The position numbers were made by a program, and so were the translations under genes. This document shows positions 11,853 through 26,117 of a stretch of 64,000 nucleotides of DNA, piece by piece (within the stretch, counting starts at the first letter, position 1; each line of letters opens with the position of its first letter). The notes under the pieces are model-generated. The model was not told the origin of the DNA, did not search any database, and was given only the letters and a program-made list of their open reading frames with translations. Source of the DNA: Octopus vulgaris (lineage: Eukaryota); the NCBI GenBank assembly GCA_951406725.2, contig OX597821.1, positions 34,844,001-34,908,000 of the forward strand, given 5' to 3'.

Positions 11853-12067
11853 CCTTTCTACTACAGGAACAAGGCCTGGTATTTTAGGGGGGGGGCGCTA
11901 GTAGATTACATCGACCCTAGTGTTTCACTCGTACTTTATTTATCGACTCCGAAAGGATGAAAGGCAAAGTCGACCTTGGCGGTATTTGAACTAGGAACGT
12001 AGTAACGGCTGAAATACCGCTAAGCATTTCGTCCGGAGTGCTAATTGATCCTGCCATTCGCCGCCTT
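11851..12067 (-). mobile_element. SINE family B
   Basis: Core gaaaggatgaaaggcaaagtcgaccttggcgg. Confidence 0.85.
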
Positions 12068-12139
12068 ATTGATATTACTGCTAATAAAATTAATTTGAAG
12101 TCATTGTATTTTCTGTATTTTTAAAACCACCTTCAATAA

Positions 12140-12600
12140 TTTTCAGTAATATTTAGACAAGTCAGCTACTGGCAGATTTCCAACCCATCTACATGCTATG
12201 TGAGTTTGAGCAAACCTTAAATTTATGGAAACAAGCATGGTTAACAGTAAATGTTTCTTCCGCAACATTCTTCAAGTTAAGCGTTAAAAATCTTCAAACG
12301 GAGTTGCAGTCTTCCGCTGAATTAAATTAAGGCGCACAGGCATGCAGCACTGATGCTGGTTGTCCATCCAAACATCCAGAATCTCTTCCATTTCTTTCAC
12401 CACTGAATTTCTAACTAATTATCGTGAAATATATTTGATAGAGAACATTTCACATCGTTGCAAACTTCGCTCTTTATCCTTTAGAATTTTAGCGGTAATA
12501 GATCGATTCATCCCACGCGTACCAATTATGTTTGAAATTTTCTGCCTCCTTTCCCTTCGCTTTATAATGCTTACCTTGGTTTCTAAAGTAATACTGCAAC
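12140..12600 (-). pseudogene. Tigger/pogo-like transposase fossil (CENP-B-type HTH domains)
   Basis: Manual translation ITLETKVSIIKRRE...GMNRSITAKILKDKER and EMEEILDVWMDNQHQ..PV..NLIQRKT..FEDF...FTVNHACFHKFK, with stops and frameshifts. Confidence 0.7.
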
Positions 12601-12849
12601 GTCCAAAGCAATGGATGCCATAAATCTAAACCACCTGAAAACCCAGACTTTTGGAGAATACCTAAGCTTACAAAGTTTGTCGGCCTTAATGTGTGCACGC
12701 GAATGCGAGAACACTGAAGTTTACAGCGACAGCTAATGATCTCGCGATCGCCGTTGTAAAAGGAGCAATTCGACTGTAACAATACAAGTAATTCTGTATC
12801 CTAGCCTTTCTATTTACGACATATAGCATACTTGTTTACAAGCCAGAAA

Positions 12850-13310
12850 TGATTCTTTCTACAATAAACACAAAGCCTGAAATTTTGGTATAGATGGTTA
12901 CACAATTACATCAACCTCACCTGTTCAACTGATACTTCGACCCCGAAAAGATGAAAGGCATGGTTGACCTCGGCATAATTTGAACTGACAACGATAAAAC
13001 CGGATGAAATGCAGTTAAGCATTTTGTCTGGCGTGCTTATGGTTCTGCCAACTCGCCGCCTTACATGTTTATAAAAATGCCTTCAAAAGATAAGGGATCT
13101 TGTGTAAAGAGACGAAGAACACCTTAAATCTGAATGGTAAAATCAATATATTTAAAACTTGATACAACTAATACGGGTTTCAAATTTTGGCACAAGGCCA
13201 GCGATATCGGTTGGGTGGAGCGAGTTAGTCGACATCGATCCCAGTGTTCAACTGGTATTTAATTTATCGACACCGAAAGGCTGAAAGGCCAAGTTGACCT
13301 CAGGCAATTT
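12850..13310 (-). mobile_element. Two diverged SINE family B copies
   Basis: cgaccccgaaaagatgaaaggc and cgacaccgaaaggctgaaaggcc cores. Confidence 0.75.
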
Positions 13311-13605
13311 GAGTGTTTATTGAGCGAAAACACCTCAATCTCCACGAGGCTCCGGCAGGGTGTGGTGGCGCACCCAGCTGTATTCTTTCACCACAATTTT
13401 CTCTCACTCTTTCTTCCTGTTTCTGTTGTACCTGCATTTCAAAAGGCCAGCCTTGTCACACTGTGTCACGCTGAATCTCCCCGAGAACATCGTTAAGAGT
13501 AGACGTATCTGTGGAGTGCTCAGCCACTTGCACGTTCGTTTCACGAGCAGGCTGTTCCGTTGATCGGATCAGCTGGAATCCTCGTCGTCGTAACCGACGG
13601 AGTTC
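13310..13605 (+). mobile_element. SINE family C, 5'-truncated
   Basis: gagtgtttattgagcgaaaacacc...ctcgtcgtcgtaaccgacggag matches 17003-17382. Confidence 0.85.
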
Positions 13606-13799
13606 CACGAATATTGCTCTGATAGAAACGTATGACATCAGAAAGTTTACAATTTAGCATATAAAAAAACAAATAGTAAAAATTCTAGAATTCCTTGCCT
13701 CGTTTGAGCCTCGCAATAAAAAAACGTTGAATCATTAGAAGGTTTGGCAATTTGCAGGCCAATGCCTATTGCCACAGCAAATGGACATTAAATCAGAGA

Positions 13800-13950
13800 G
13801 TAAAGTTAATGATGGATGCTTTCTTTGTCCTTTAGAATTCTCGCAACTATAAAACGATTGATCCTTTACACACCAGTTATGCTTATCATGTTCTCATCTC
13901 TTTCACTTCACTCTCAAGAGTTCATTTTGGTTCCCAATATAATACAGAAA
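13800..13950 (-). pseudogene. Second Tigger-like N-terminal HTH fossil
   Basis: Similar at DNA level to 12470-12600; translation ..INRFIVARILKDKESI. Confidence 0.55.
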
Positions 13951-13959
13951 ATGTCCCAA

Positions 13960-15450
13960 ACTCCCGTTATTGCTGAACAAAAACTGTCGAGTCATACAGA
14001 AACAGAAACAAAGTATAATGGAACATTTGGAAAAATTTGCAACTGAACATGACCTACCAGTCGATAAAATTTATAATTCTGGTGAAACAGGAGTTTACTA
14101 AAAGTATTTGCATACCAAAATACATTGGCTGGAAAGCAAGAATGAAATGCAACAAACTTTACGTCGGTCACGACGACGAATGTTCCACTTGATCCTGTCA
14201 ACGGAACAGTCAGCTCGTTGAGCACTCCACAGACACACGTACTCTTAACGTAGTTCTCAGGAGATTCACAGTGTGACACAATGTTACAAGGCCGGCCCTC
14301 TGAATTACGAGTACAACTCATTTTTGCCAGCTGAGTGGACTGGAGTCACGTGATATAAACTGTCTTGCTGAGGAACACAACGCGTGAGCGAGAATCAAAA
14401 GCACGACTGTGAACCGAACCGAATAGCTAAACACTAAGCCACTCGACTTTACGTTTAATATGTAAATATTAACCGTTCTTGTGCTCGAGAATTCTTCAGA
14501 TTAGCATAAAATTCAGCTTTTAAGTCATTGACAAATTCAAATACCAGCGGGCCTTTAAGGAAATGTTGCATTTGCATCTGATCTATAAATTCTCAAAATA
14601 GTTCTTTGAAGAGTAGAAGCACATTTCGTGATTAGTTTGTTTACGATTTTGTTACATCAGTTTGTTAGAACATAAGGGAATTTTCAAACCTATAAATATA
14701 AAGAGTTTACTACTTCTCAACCACTTGTACGTACCAGAATTAGAAAGAGGGATTGCAAGAATATGTAAGCGTGTTGTTAAACGTATTGTTACGGATTCAA
14801 CCCATGAATGAAATAATCATTAAACGCTCTAAATGTTATTATCAAAATGGCTTTATGACTGAAATAGTGAATAAGAACGTCAATCTTACAGAATTTCGAC
14901 ACAGCTTTATGATCAAAAATATAAAACTTCTATTTCTGACTGTGTCGAATGTAGTGAAATCTGAAACGTGTTTAAGAGTGCGGCGAAAGTTATGGACGAA
15001 AGTTATATTCGCAAATCTAGAGGGTGATCAAAAGAATGAGATTGAAACAAAGACTTTGAAGGATTCTACCTAAAGTAGACGACATGTGAAGAACAAGAAC
15101 CTATGGAGACCATTAAATAATATCTGAAAGACACGCATATATGCAATCGTAATGGTGCTGGGCTTAGAAGAATAGACACATACAGCCACTTTCACTGCAA
15201 GAAATCATCCAAAGAATTACAATTCCTGAAATGTTTTCAAAAATTATTTAGAAGACACCAAATTTGAAGAAATGCTATCTTGGGCTGCTGCAGGAAATTA
15301 CATTAAAACGGTTATTAAATTTGTGGAACAAAACCATAGCTACAGTCTTCAAGCCGCCACGCATGCGTACATAGAGCAGAATAATATCATTGCAAAGAAA
15401 TTACGAAGACATAAAAGAAAAAAAAGGGAAAAGAAAGCAGTAGAAGTGTC
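13960..15450 (+). pseudogene. Tigger/Jerky-like DDE transposase fossil interrupted by a SINE
   Basis: Manual translation gives, in order, DKIYNSGETGVY*K (YNADETG), LTVLVLENSSD*HKIQLL/VIDKFKYQRAFK, FRD*FVYDFV, IQPMNEIII..KCYY and RKLWT. Confidence 0.7.
14160..14452 (-). mobile_element. SINE family C inserted in the Tigger fossil
   Basis: gagcactccacagacacacgtactcttaacgtagttctc...ctgagtggactggag. Confidence 0.8.
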
Positions 15451-15826
15451 AATCGGTGCAGTAGATTCAGTAGACACCGTAAGTGTTCCAGCCACAGGCA
15501 ATGCAGCAGGTGGTACAGAAGTTGTTGAACAACTTACATTTTATATAAAAGAACATTCCGTTAATAGACTAAAAATAAACACTCATTTTCTCTCCAAACG
15601 TCTTTATCACACTGCAATGCCAGTGTCTACTTCACTGCTGTTTCTTGCATGTTAAGCGACCGCGTAGAGTTCCCTAGCTGGTTCAACTTTTAGATATAAA
15701 TCATTGGTGTAGTTGCTATTTGTTTTCATAAACAATGTTAGTTTGCTAGACGGACAAAATATTGAAGCTTTTAGGACACGGAATTTGACAGCAATATGAT
15801 GGATTTAACAGATCTCAACAATATTT

Positions 15827-16235
15827 GAATCTTTTCGGTTTGAACGGCAGTTTTTTCTAGCGGTGTCATATGAAATTGTCGCCTATAATTATGACCCTAG
15901 AATCGATCTATTGCATTTCAATCTCTTTTAGGGTTAAGGGTGGGGGGAAGGGTATCTTTTTTTCTTCACAAATATAAATAAACCCAATCTGTTTCTTAAA
16001 CGAGGGACATATTCATACGGCACAGAATGCTTTTTAACTCAATAGACGTCACTGATTGGTTGAAATTGCAGAAATTGAAGAAAAAAACAACAAATATCTT
16101 ACAAACCATAGAATTTCTCAATAAAACCAAGAAAAAAAGATGTTTTATAAACACATTCTACCAGTATAAGAAGTTTAAAATATTTTAGTTACCTAGAAAT
16201 TATGTTAAAAACTGCTGTTCAAACCGAAAAGATCC
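15827..16235. mobile_element. Merlin-like MITE, copy 1
   Basis: TIRs gaatcttttcggtttgaacggcagtttt / aaaactgctgttcaaaccgaaaagatcc; flanks caatattt / caatattc (7/8 TSD). Confidence 0.85.
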
Positions 16236-16792
16236 CAATATTCAGCTATAACACACTTTGATCTCAGTGCTTTGTAGTGGCCTACTCAGAAGAAGAAAAA
16301 CAACTCCTATGTCCTGATGGGGATAAAAGGAAGAAGAATGCAAGGCTCTCAAGATGCGGCAGAAAGCAGTACATTAATATATGGAATTATCATCAGACAA
16401 AAAAACTTGCTCTAAATATCTGCAACAGAACAAACTTCACGAAAGGTATTCAAGGACAGGGAATATTGTTAAAATCTGCAACCCAAAATTATGCATAATC
16501 AACTTGAGACGGACTTCGGGACAGTTTTCGTCTACTCAATTTCGCTGATGAGATTTGGGGGTCGACAAGAGGATGTGGTAGAAAACTTGCTCAAAGAGTC
16601 GCACACAGTAGGATCGTTAACAGAGCAATGTGATTTCAAATCAAATTTCTTTACCAACGTAGTTATTATATTTATTTGTCGTTTCGTTTTTTTTAAGTTG
16701 TAATAAGCGAATGAATAAAGGAGATAAGGTTTTGAGTTCTATGTCAGGGATTTAAATCTTCTACTAGACGCTGTTCTGTGACCTGGAATATC

Positions 16793-16985
16793 GGTTTCAC
16801 ATTTTCGCACAAGGCCAGCAAGTTTGGGGGAAGGGAACAAGTCGATTACATCCACCTCAGTGTTCTACTGGTGCTTCTTTTATCGACCTCAAAAAGATGA
16901 AAAGGCAAAGTGGGAATTTGAACTCGGAACGTAAAGCCGGACGAAATGCTGCTCGGCGTGCTCACGATTTCCCCAGCTCACTCCT
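16793..16985 (-). mobile_element. SINE family B, diverged
   Basis: cacaaggccagcaagtttgggg...ggaatttgaactcggaacg. Confidence 0.7.
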
Positions 16986-17002
16986 TTGCTATGCTCTGGC
17001 AT

Positions 17003-17382
17003 GTGGAGGCGCAATGGCCCAGTGGTTAGGGCAGCGGACTCGCGGTTGTAGGATTGCGGTTTCGATTCCCAGACCGGGCGTTGTGAGTGTTTATTGAGCG
17101 AAAACACCTAAAGCTCCACGAGGCTCCGGCAGGGGGTGGTGGTGATCCCTGCTGTACTCTTTCACCACAACTTTCTCTCACTCTTCCTGTTTCTGTTGTA
17201 CCTGTATTTCAAAGGGCCGGTCTTGTCACTCTCTGTGTCACGCTGAATATCCCCGAGAACTACTTTAAGGGTACACGTGTCTGTGGAATGCTCAACCACT
17301 TACACGTTAATTTCACGAGCAGGCTGTTCCGTTGATCGGATCAACCGGAACCCTCGTCGTCGTAACCGACGGAGTGCTTCCA
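17003..17382 (+). mobile_element. tRNA-derived SINE family C, full length with TSD
   Basis: A box tggcccagtgg, B box gtttcgattcc; 12-bp TSD atgctctggcat at 16991-17002 and 17383-17394. Confidence 0.92.
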
Positions 17383-17854
17383 ATGCTCTGGCATATCAAC
17401 AACATGTTTGTGGGATTTAGAATGCAGAGTTCAAGGTATCGCTGAAATGCATCTGGTCAAATTTATCCGAGCTGCCAAGCAATTGCGAAGAAAGCGATAT
17501 TAGTAAAGGTATTGCGAATCGTCAAATTCAAAGGACAATCCGATAACATAACGTTTCTGATGTGTATGGATATTTCCATGCATATTATCGTTTGTCTGGA
17601 GAAAGACATGCCTCACAAGCATCCGTCATATAACAGTTTCTTCTAAAAGTGATGTTATTTCTATCTAATTTAAACAAAATTTTTTTTTTCTGAAGTAGGC
17701 ATAAGATGTCACATTTTAATGAATGATATGCGTGGTTGATAAAATCAGCTCCAAAACTTGGCGGAAACGTATTTAATCAATCAAGGAGGGATGCAAAGAC
17801 AAACTGACTGCGATAAAAAAAAATCACTACTTATCATAATTTATCCTCTATAAT

Positions 17855-18040
17855 GGCTTCAATTTTTGGCACAAGGCCAGCAAATTCGTGAGAGTCGTAA
17901 GTGGATCACATCAATCCCAGTGCTCAACTGGTACTTATTTCATCGAACCAGAAAGGATTAAAAGTAAAATCGATCTCAGTGGAATTTGAACTCAGAACGT
18001 AAAGACGGACGAAATGTCGCTAAGTATTTTACTCGGTGAC
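17855..18040 (-). mobile_element. SINE family B, diverged
   Basis: tttggcacaaggccagc...gaatttgaactcagaacgtaaagacggacgaaatg. Confidence 0.75.
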
Positions 18041-18602
18041 ATTTTATCCTCTCTCATGAGGATACTTGTTTGTCTGAATGGAAAAGAAAGAATATATGAA
18101 AGCTGGTCTCCCGATAATAAAGTCATGCGTTCGATTCCTCGTCAAACTAGCGTGTTGTGTTCTTAAGCAATGCATTACATTTCATGTTCCAGTCGACTCG
18201 GCTGAAAACAAGTACCAGCTGCGTGCTGGGGCAGCTCTTTCCGTCACTAGCTTTCACATCATCGTTGGCTACATAGACACTTAAAACAGTTAGAGAACGC
18301 ATAGTACATACTAGTCTGTCACTCGCTTGCGAGTGCCGTCTGAATTTATATGGTTAGGGAAATGTCGAATTTATATCTTTAAGGAAAATCTTTTTCAGAC
18401 ATTTTTAATCGAAAAATTATAAGTAAATTTATGAAAGAAATAATTTTGAACTTGCAGGTATACACCAAAATACATTTAATCGATTAGGCCAAAAATATTT
18501 ATCATATTTCAGCAAAAATATATATTAAAAAAAAAAGTAATATTAAGCATTTCTCGGGATATAGTTCCTTAAAATAAATATTCAAATGCGTTTATAACAA
18601 TT

Positions 18603-18733
18603 GCTAACCAACCACATGGTTCCGGGTTCAGTCACACTGCGTGGCATCTTGGGCAAGTGTCTTCTGCTATAGCCCCGGGCCGACCAATGCCTTGTGAGTG
18701 GATTTGGTAGACGGAAACTGAAAGAAGCCTGTC

Positions 18734-18772
<39 letters not shown>

Positions 18773-19000
18773 CGTGTGTGTGTGTTTGTGTGTCTGTGTT
18801 TGTCCCCCTAGCATTGCTTGACAACCGATGCTGGTGTGTTTACATCCCCGTCACTTAGCGGTTCGGCAAAAGAGACCGATAGAATAAGTACTGGGCTTAC
18901 AAAGAATAAGTCCCGGGGTCGATTTGCTCGACTAAAGGCGGTGCTCCAGCATGGTCGCAGTCAAATGACTGAAACAAGTAAAAGAGTAAAGAGAGAGAGA
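18603..19000 (+). mobile_element. SINE family A
   Basis: Matches 1641-2050 from ccaaccacatggttccgggttcag to the tail. Confidence 0.9.
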
Positions 19001-19870
19001 GAGAGAGAGTAATATAACTACTGTTAGCTTTTTTTTAACCCTGTGCCGGCCCCGATGCGCATTTCTTATTTTTTAGACCACCAGAGGCACTGACAACTTA
19101 TGAAAAGGAAGCTTTGTATATGTTCAGAACGTATGAAACAAGGATTAACTTGAAGTCTGACCATAAGCTTGAACATTTAAGGAAAACCTATGAAAATGGA
19201 TTAATGCACCATTCAGTGTTCTGGAAGGAACATCTAAATGCAAATCATAATGACCTTTGCGATTCGTTTATTTTGGGTATCGATAAGTCGTGATTTAATT
19301 ATATTATACTAGCTTTGTTAAATAAATAACTGATGATTGCTTAAGACATAAAGTGCGACGGGCCACAGCCGTGGCCCAGATAGATGCATTTAATTTATGG
19401 GCGTTTGTTGGGGTCTAATGTCTCTCAAACGCTCCGATAACCGTCCTGAATGCAAGAGAGCTAATAGTTCAACTAATGACTGTTCAGATGATGTAAAACT
19501 TGTCACTATTATATACTAAGAAGATATTTTAACTATTTTTTTTTGTTTTTTATGTGTGCATGGTAGTCTAATTTTCATAAAATATGCTCTGCAGTCCATG
19601 CTATGTAAGTTCAAATGCAAGCACTTCATGGGGATAATATTGATTTCTAACAGTGACATACGGCTAGAAATATTTGAGAGATGTGACAGAAAAGTAACTT
19701 AACCGAAGTTATCGGTCTCGGAGAGGATAAAAGTCGAAGTCGACTGCGTCAAAAATCCGAACTGAGAAGCATTAAAGAACACGATAAAAGTCAGTAAAAA
19801 ATTTGAAAAAACACTCTACCTTTACTCTTAATTCACCTTTTTCATTAGTGCTTAATATTAATTTGCAATA

Positions 19871-20040
19871 TAAGGCGGTAAGCTGGCAGAATCGTTAGCA
19901 GGCTGAGTTCAAATTTCGTCGAGGTTGACTCTGTCTTTGAGGTTCGATAAATTAAGTACCAGCTGAGCACTGTAGTCCATTTAAGCGACTTACCCGTTCC
20001 CCTCCGAATTGCTGGCATTGTGGCAAAATTTGAAGCCAAT
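19871..20040 (+). mobile_element. SINE family B, internally deleted
   Basis: aaggcggtaagctggcagaatcgttagc...gataaattaagtaccag...aaaatttgaagcc. Confidence 0.75.
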
Positions 20041-20089
20041 AATTATCCCGTAGTATATATATATATATTCTATTTTGATCTATCAAAGT

Positions 20090-20661
20090 GAAGGCGCATG
20101 ACTCAGGGGTTAGAGCGTCGGGCTCACAATCACGAGGTAGTGAGTTCAATTCTCGGACAGAGTTGTGAGTTGTGTATTATATTCTTGGGCAAGACACTTC
20201 ATCTCATGTTGCTCCAGTTCACTCAGCTGTAGAAATGGATTGCGAAGTCACTGGTGCCAAGCTGTATCGGCCTTTCCCTTGTACGACATCGGTGGCATGG
20301 AGAGGAGAGGCTGGTATGCATGGGTGACTGCCGTTCTTCCACAAGCATCCTTGCCCGGACTTGTACCTCAGATGGTAACTTTCTAGGTGCAATCCCATTG
20401 TTATTTATGACCGAAGGGGATATTTACCTATTTCTTTACTACCCACAAGGGGCTAAACACAGAGTGGACAAACAAGGACAGACAAAGGGAATAAGTCGAT
20501 TATATCGATCCCAGTACGTAACTGGTACTTAATTTATCGACCCCGAAAGGATGAAAGGCAAAGTCGACCTCGGCGGAATTTGAACTCAGAACGTAACGGC
20601 AGACGAAATACGGCTACGGATTTCGTCCGGCGTGCTAACGTTTCTGCCAGCTCGCCACCTT
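20090..20661 (+). mobile_element. CORE-type SINE (C-related head, different tail) with a minus-strand SINE B inserted at ~20430-20661
   Basis: tRNA-like head, ttgggcaagacact CORE-like block; tail shared with 35625-35835. Confidence 0.75.
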
Positions 20662-21706
20662 AAAGGGGATCTTTACCGTTACTCTGATCTATCAGACCAT
20701 ATAACTATTATAGTATAGTTCCACTTTGTATCAATCTCTTTTTTTATAGTTATTGTAGCTTGTATATAGATAAATATATTGAAAATGTCATATACTTAAA
20801 CGACGGCAAACTATGCAGTTGTTTAAGCTCAGATCACTCCTGCTCCGGCAGACCGATGTTGAAAGACACTGTAGCTATGAACATCCCCTATTTTTTTAGG
20901 CATAATTTATCTAGAGCTTCTAAACTTAATGTGACAGTTCTTTTTCAAAGTCGGCAGGGTATTATTTAAGGGAGATTTAACTGCAATTTCTAGCCGGTCG
21001 AACGTCTGCATAGAGGTTTCCTTGTTGTTTTATAGTAAAAGTATGTTTATGAAGCAGTCAGGTAAACTATCAGAAGCTGTCATTGCTGCTGTTGGTATCT
21101 TTCTGTTGTTACACTGACATAAGACCCCACCAATATAAAGGATATCATTTTACAAGGAAAGGGCTCACTGCCAAATATAACCAAAACCAACCGGAAGTGG
21201 GTGAATGAGACTGTGTTAATGGTTAGCCATTATCATAATTTAATGGGTTGCAACTCTGGTATCGTATATCAAAGTAGAGAAAAAAGAGGAGGGAAGCGAT
21301 ACACAAAAGAAAAGAAGATAATAGCAAGAGAATTTCTTAAGGTTGGGGTACACAATTAGACAAGACAAATTACAGCTTATAAGAATTAGGTAGACATAAT
21401 GCAGCAAGGATCTCTAAGAACATACTAAATATAGAAATATAAAAATGTGTTCATAGACAGCATTGAATATAGAAATATTTGAACAAGTTGTACTTTTAAA
21501 GAAAGTTGTTATACTAAACTATTATTACTGATATAGTAAAACCTACTTTAATAGATTCAGAAAAAAGTACCTTAATTATTTACTAAAGTTAACAGTGTAA
21601 CTAATACAGACATTTAACTGAACACATACTTCATGGGAGACGTTGCATTACATCTATTTGTGTGTGTGTATGCATGTATGCTTATATATATATATATATA
21701 TATATA

Positions 21707-22006
21707 TCACCGTGACCGACCAGGCTATCAGATGTTGCTACACATCGCTGGTCACAATGCGCTTCGCATCGTTTTAGCCTTTAAATGATGCCACCCCGCT
21801 GGCTAAGCGAGCAGGCCAACAGAAGAAAGAGTGAGAGAAAGTTGTGGCGAAAGGGTATAGCAGGGACCGCCACCACCCCCTGCCGGAGCCTCGTGGAGCT
21901 TTAAGTGTTTTCACTCAATAAACACACACAACGCCCGGTCTGGGAATCGAAACCGCGATTCTACGACCGCAAGTCCGCTGCCCTAACCACTGGGCCATTG
22001 CGCCTC

Positions 22007-22008
<2 letters not shown>
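21707..22008 (-). mobile_element. SINE family C with an alternative tail
   Basis: Head matches 17003; after ctctcactctttcttc the tail differs (ctgttggcctgctcgcttagcc...). Confidence 0.85.
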
Positions 22009-22064
<56 letters not shown>

Positions 22065-22069
22065 CACAT

Positions 22070-23421
<1,352 letters not shown>

Positions 23422-23872
23422 CAAAGTTATTCTGTTCCACACCGGTAGAAATATAGGAAAAATAGAAGTTGAAAATTCACTGAGAATAGTTAAAAAATTC
23501 TTTTATTATTAGATTTAAAGATTTAACTGGTTTCAGAGTTTGCACTGGTTTTCAAAACTTTTAAATAGTAAGACATGGCTTATGTCGCTTTTGTTTTGCT
23601 TCTGACTAGTGTTTGAAGCTTAGCCTATTTTTATAGGGGGCTTATGGCTGAATTAGTTTTGAAGAGGACTTGATTATTAGAGTATAGTCACATGACAGGT
23701 CTTAGACAGTTTTGTAGGTTCCTCGCTACGTCCGTGTGTTAGTATTAAGTGATAATGTTTGACGTCGTAAGTTGAGGCAGATACGGTTGACTGAACATGT
23801 CCAGTGACGGTACCAAACAATCTGTGTTCTGAGTGTTTTCTGTCACGTGATTGTAGACATACATATACATAC

Positions 23873-23926
<54 letters not shown>

Positions 23927-23929
<3 letters not shown>

Positions 23930-24056
23930 GGTGTCCCCAAAAAATGTATACACACCTTAAATAATTGTAAATTTGTTATTCTTTGTAAGCCTAGTACTTA
24001 TTCTATCGTTTCTTTTGCCGAACCACTATGTGTATACATTTTTTGGGGACACCCTG
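23927..24056. mobile_element. Tc1-like MITE (130 bp) containing a SINE A fragment
   Basis: 28-bp TIRs cagggtgtccccaaaaaatgtatacaca / tgtgtatacattttttggggacaccctg within (TA)n. Confidence 0.85.
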
Positions 24057-24060
24057 TATG

Positions 24061-24112
<52 letters not shown>

Positions 24113-24545
24113 TTTTAACCTGATGCTGCTTTGTTTTACTAGAAAGCAATTACTGTTGTATTGCACTATTTAATATTTTTTCTATACATGTCCTAGGATC
24201 GATCTGTGTGACTAAGTCCTTTAAGATGGTGCCCCAGTACGGCCGCAGTCCAATGACTGGAACAGGGTTAAAGAAGAAAACAAGCAAAAAAACCAAAAAA
24301 AACCCCCAAAAAACACAAGGTTGTTTCAAAAAGGTCAGTAAGTAGCCACTTGCTTTTGTACAACTCGGTTTCTGAATTAACGTTTTCATTTATAACACAA
24401 ATTGAACAGTGTTTATGATCTCGGATGGCGGATAATCTCATGGGAAAAAATTTAGAGTTAATTATATTGTAATCGAATGTGATATTTCTATAATTCAATA
24501 AACTGTCAGACAAAAAATTAGTAAATGGTTTGTTGTCTAAGTTTT

Positions 24546-24546
<1 letters not shown>

Positions 24547-24598
<52 letters not shown>

Positions 24599-24630
24599 TA
24601 TCATCATCATTATTATCATTATCATTATTA

Positions 24631-24668
<38 letters not shown>
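24547..24668. repeat. (CAT)n grading into (TAT)n
   Basis: Directly visible; source of the poly-I and poly-M ORFs. Confidence 0.95.
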
Positions 24669-24669
<1 letters not shown>

Positions 24670-24670
<1 letters not shown>

Positions 24671-24880
24671 AAAGATGGTAGAATCGTTAGCGCGTCGGAC
24701 GAAATGATTAGCGGTATATCTCGCTGGTAGCTGCGTTCTGAGTTTAAGTTCCGCCGAGGTTGACCTTTCTTTCATTCTTTTGGAATCGATACATTAAGTA
24801 CCAGTTGAACACTGGGGTCGATGTAATCGGCTCCTCGCATCCTCCGAAATTGCTGCCCTTACGGCAAAATTTGAAACCAA

Positions 24881-24917
<37 letters not shown>

Positions 24918-25497
24918 AAGAATGCGGCGAGCTGGCAGAATCGCTAGCACGCTGGATTAAATGCTTAGCGGAATTTCGCCCGTCGCTACGTTCTGAGAAA
25001 AAAATTCCGCCAACGTCGACTTCATCTATCATCCTTTCGGGGTCGATAAAATAAGTACCACTTGAACACTGGGGTGGATGCAAACGACTCATCTCTACCT
25101 CCCCCTAGCTGCCGTTGTGGCAAAAATTTGAAATAATAATGATAATAATAATTTTTATTATTGTTAAGAAGGCGGTGAGCTGGCAGAAACGTTAGCACGC
25201 CGGGCGAAATGCGTAGCCGTATTTCGTCTGCCGTTAAGTTCTGAGTTCAAATTCCGCAGAGGTCGACTTTGCCTTTCATCCTTTCGGGGTCGATAAATTA
25301 AGTACCGGTTACGCACTGGGATCGATATAATCGACTTAATCCGTTTGTCCTCTCTGTGTTTAGCCCCTTGTGGGTAATAAAGAAATAGGTATTTCGTGTG
25401 CCGCTACGTTCTGAGTTCAAATTCCGCCGAGGTCGACTTTGCCTTTCATCCTTTCGGGATCGATAAATTAAGTACCAGTTACGCACTGGGATCGACG
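24670..25497 (+). mobile_element. Array of four SINE family B copies separated by (ATT)n/(AAT)n
   Basis: Heads at ~24670, 24920 and 25168, plus a partial copy fused at ~25390. Confidence 0.88.
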
Positions 25498-25702
25498 TAT
25501 ATGATGTATTTAATATATTTAATGTGTCTAATTTATTTATCTGCATAATTACCTTCATACGACGTTCAACATGATCTCTCTTATAACCACTCTTTACCTC
25601 GTGGAATGATCCTCTGTAAAAACAAGGGAGTCTAAGTTCGAATCTTTTGAGCTCTACCAAGTGTTTTCTATACTGAGAGTCTCTGGATCTTATCTGTGAA
25701 CT

Positions 25703-26117
<415 letters not shown>

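Noticed and set aside
17003-17075. tRNA genes at SINE heads (also 1641, 21940, 53810)
   Set aside because: A/B boxes are present but I see no complete cloverleaf, and each continues into a SINE body.
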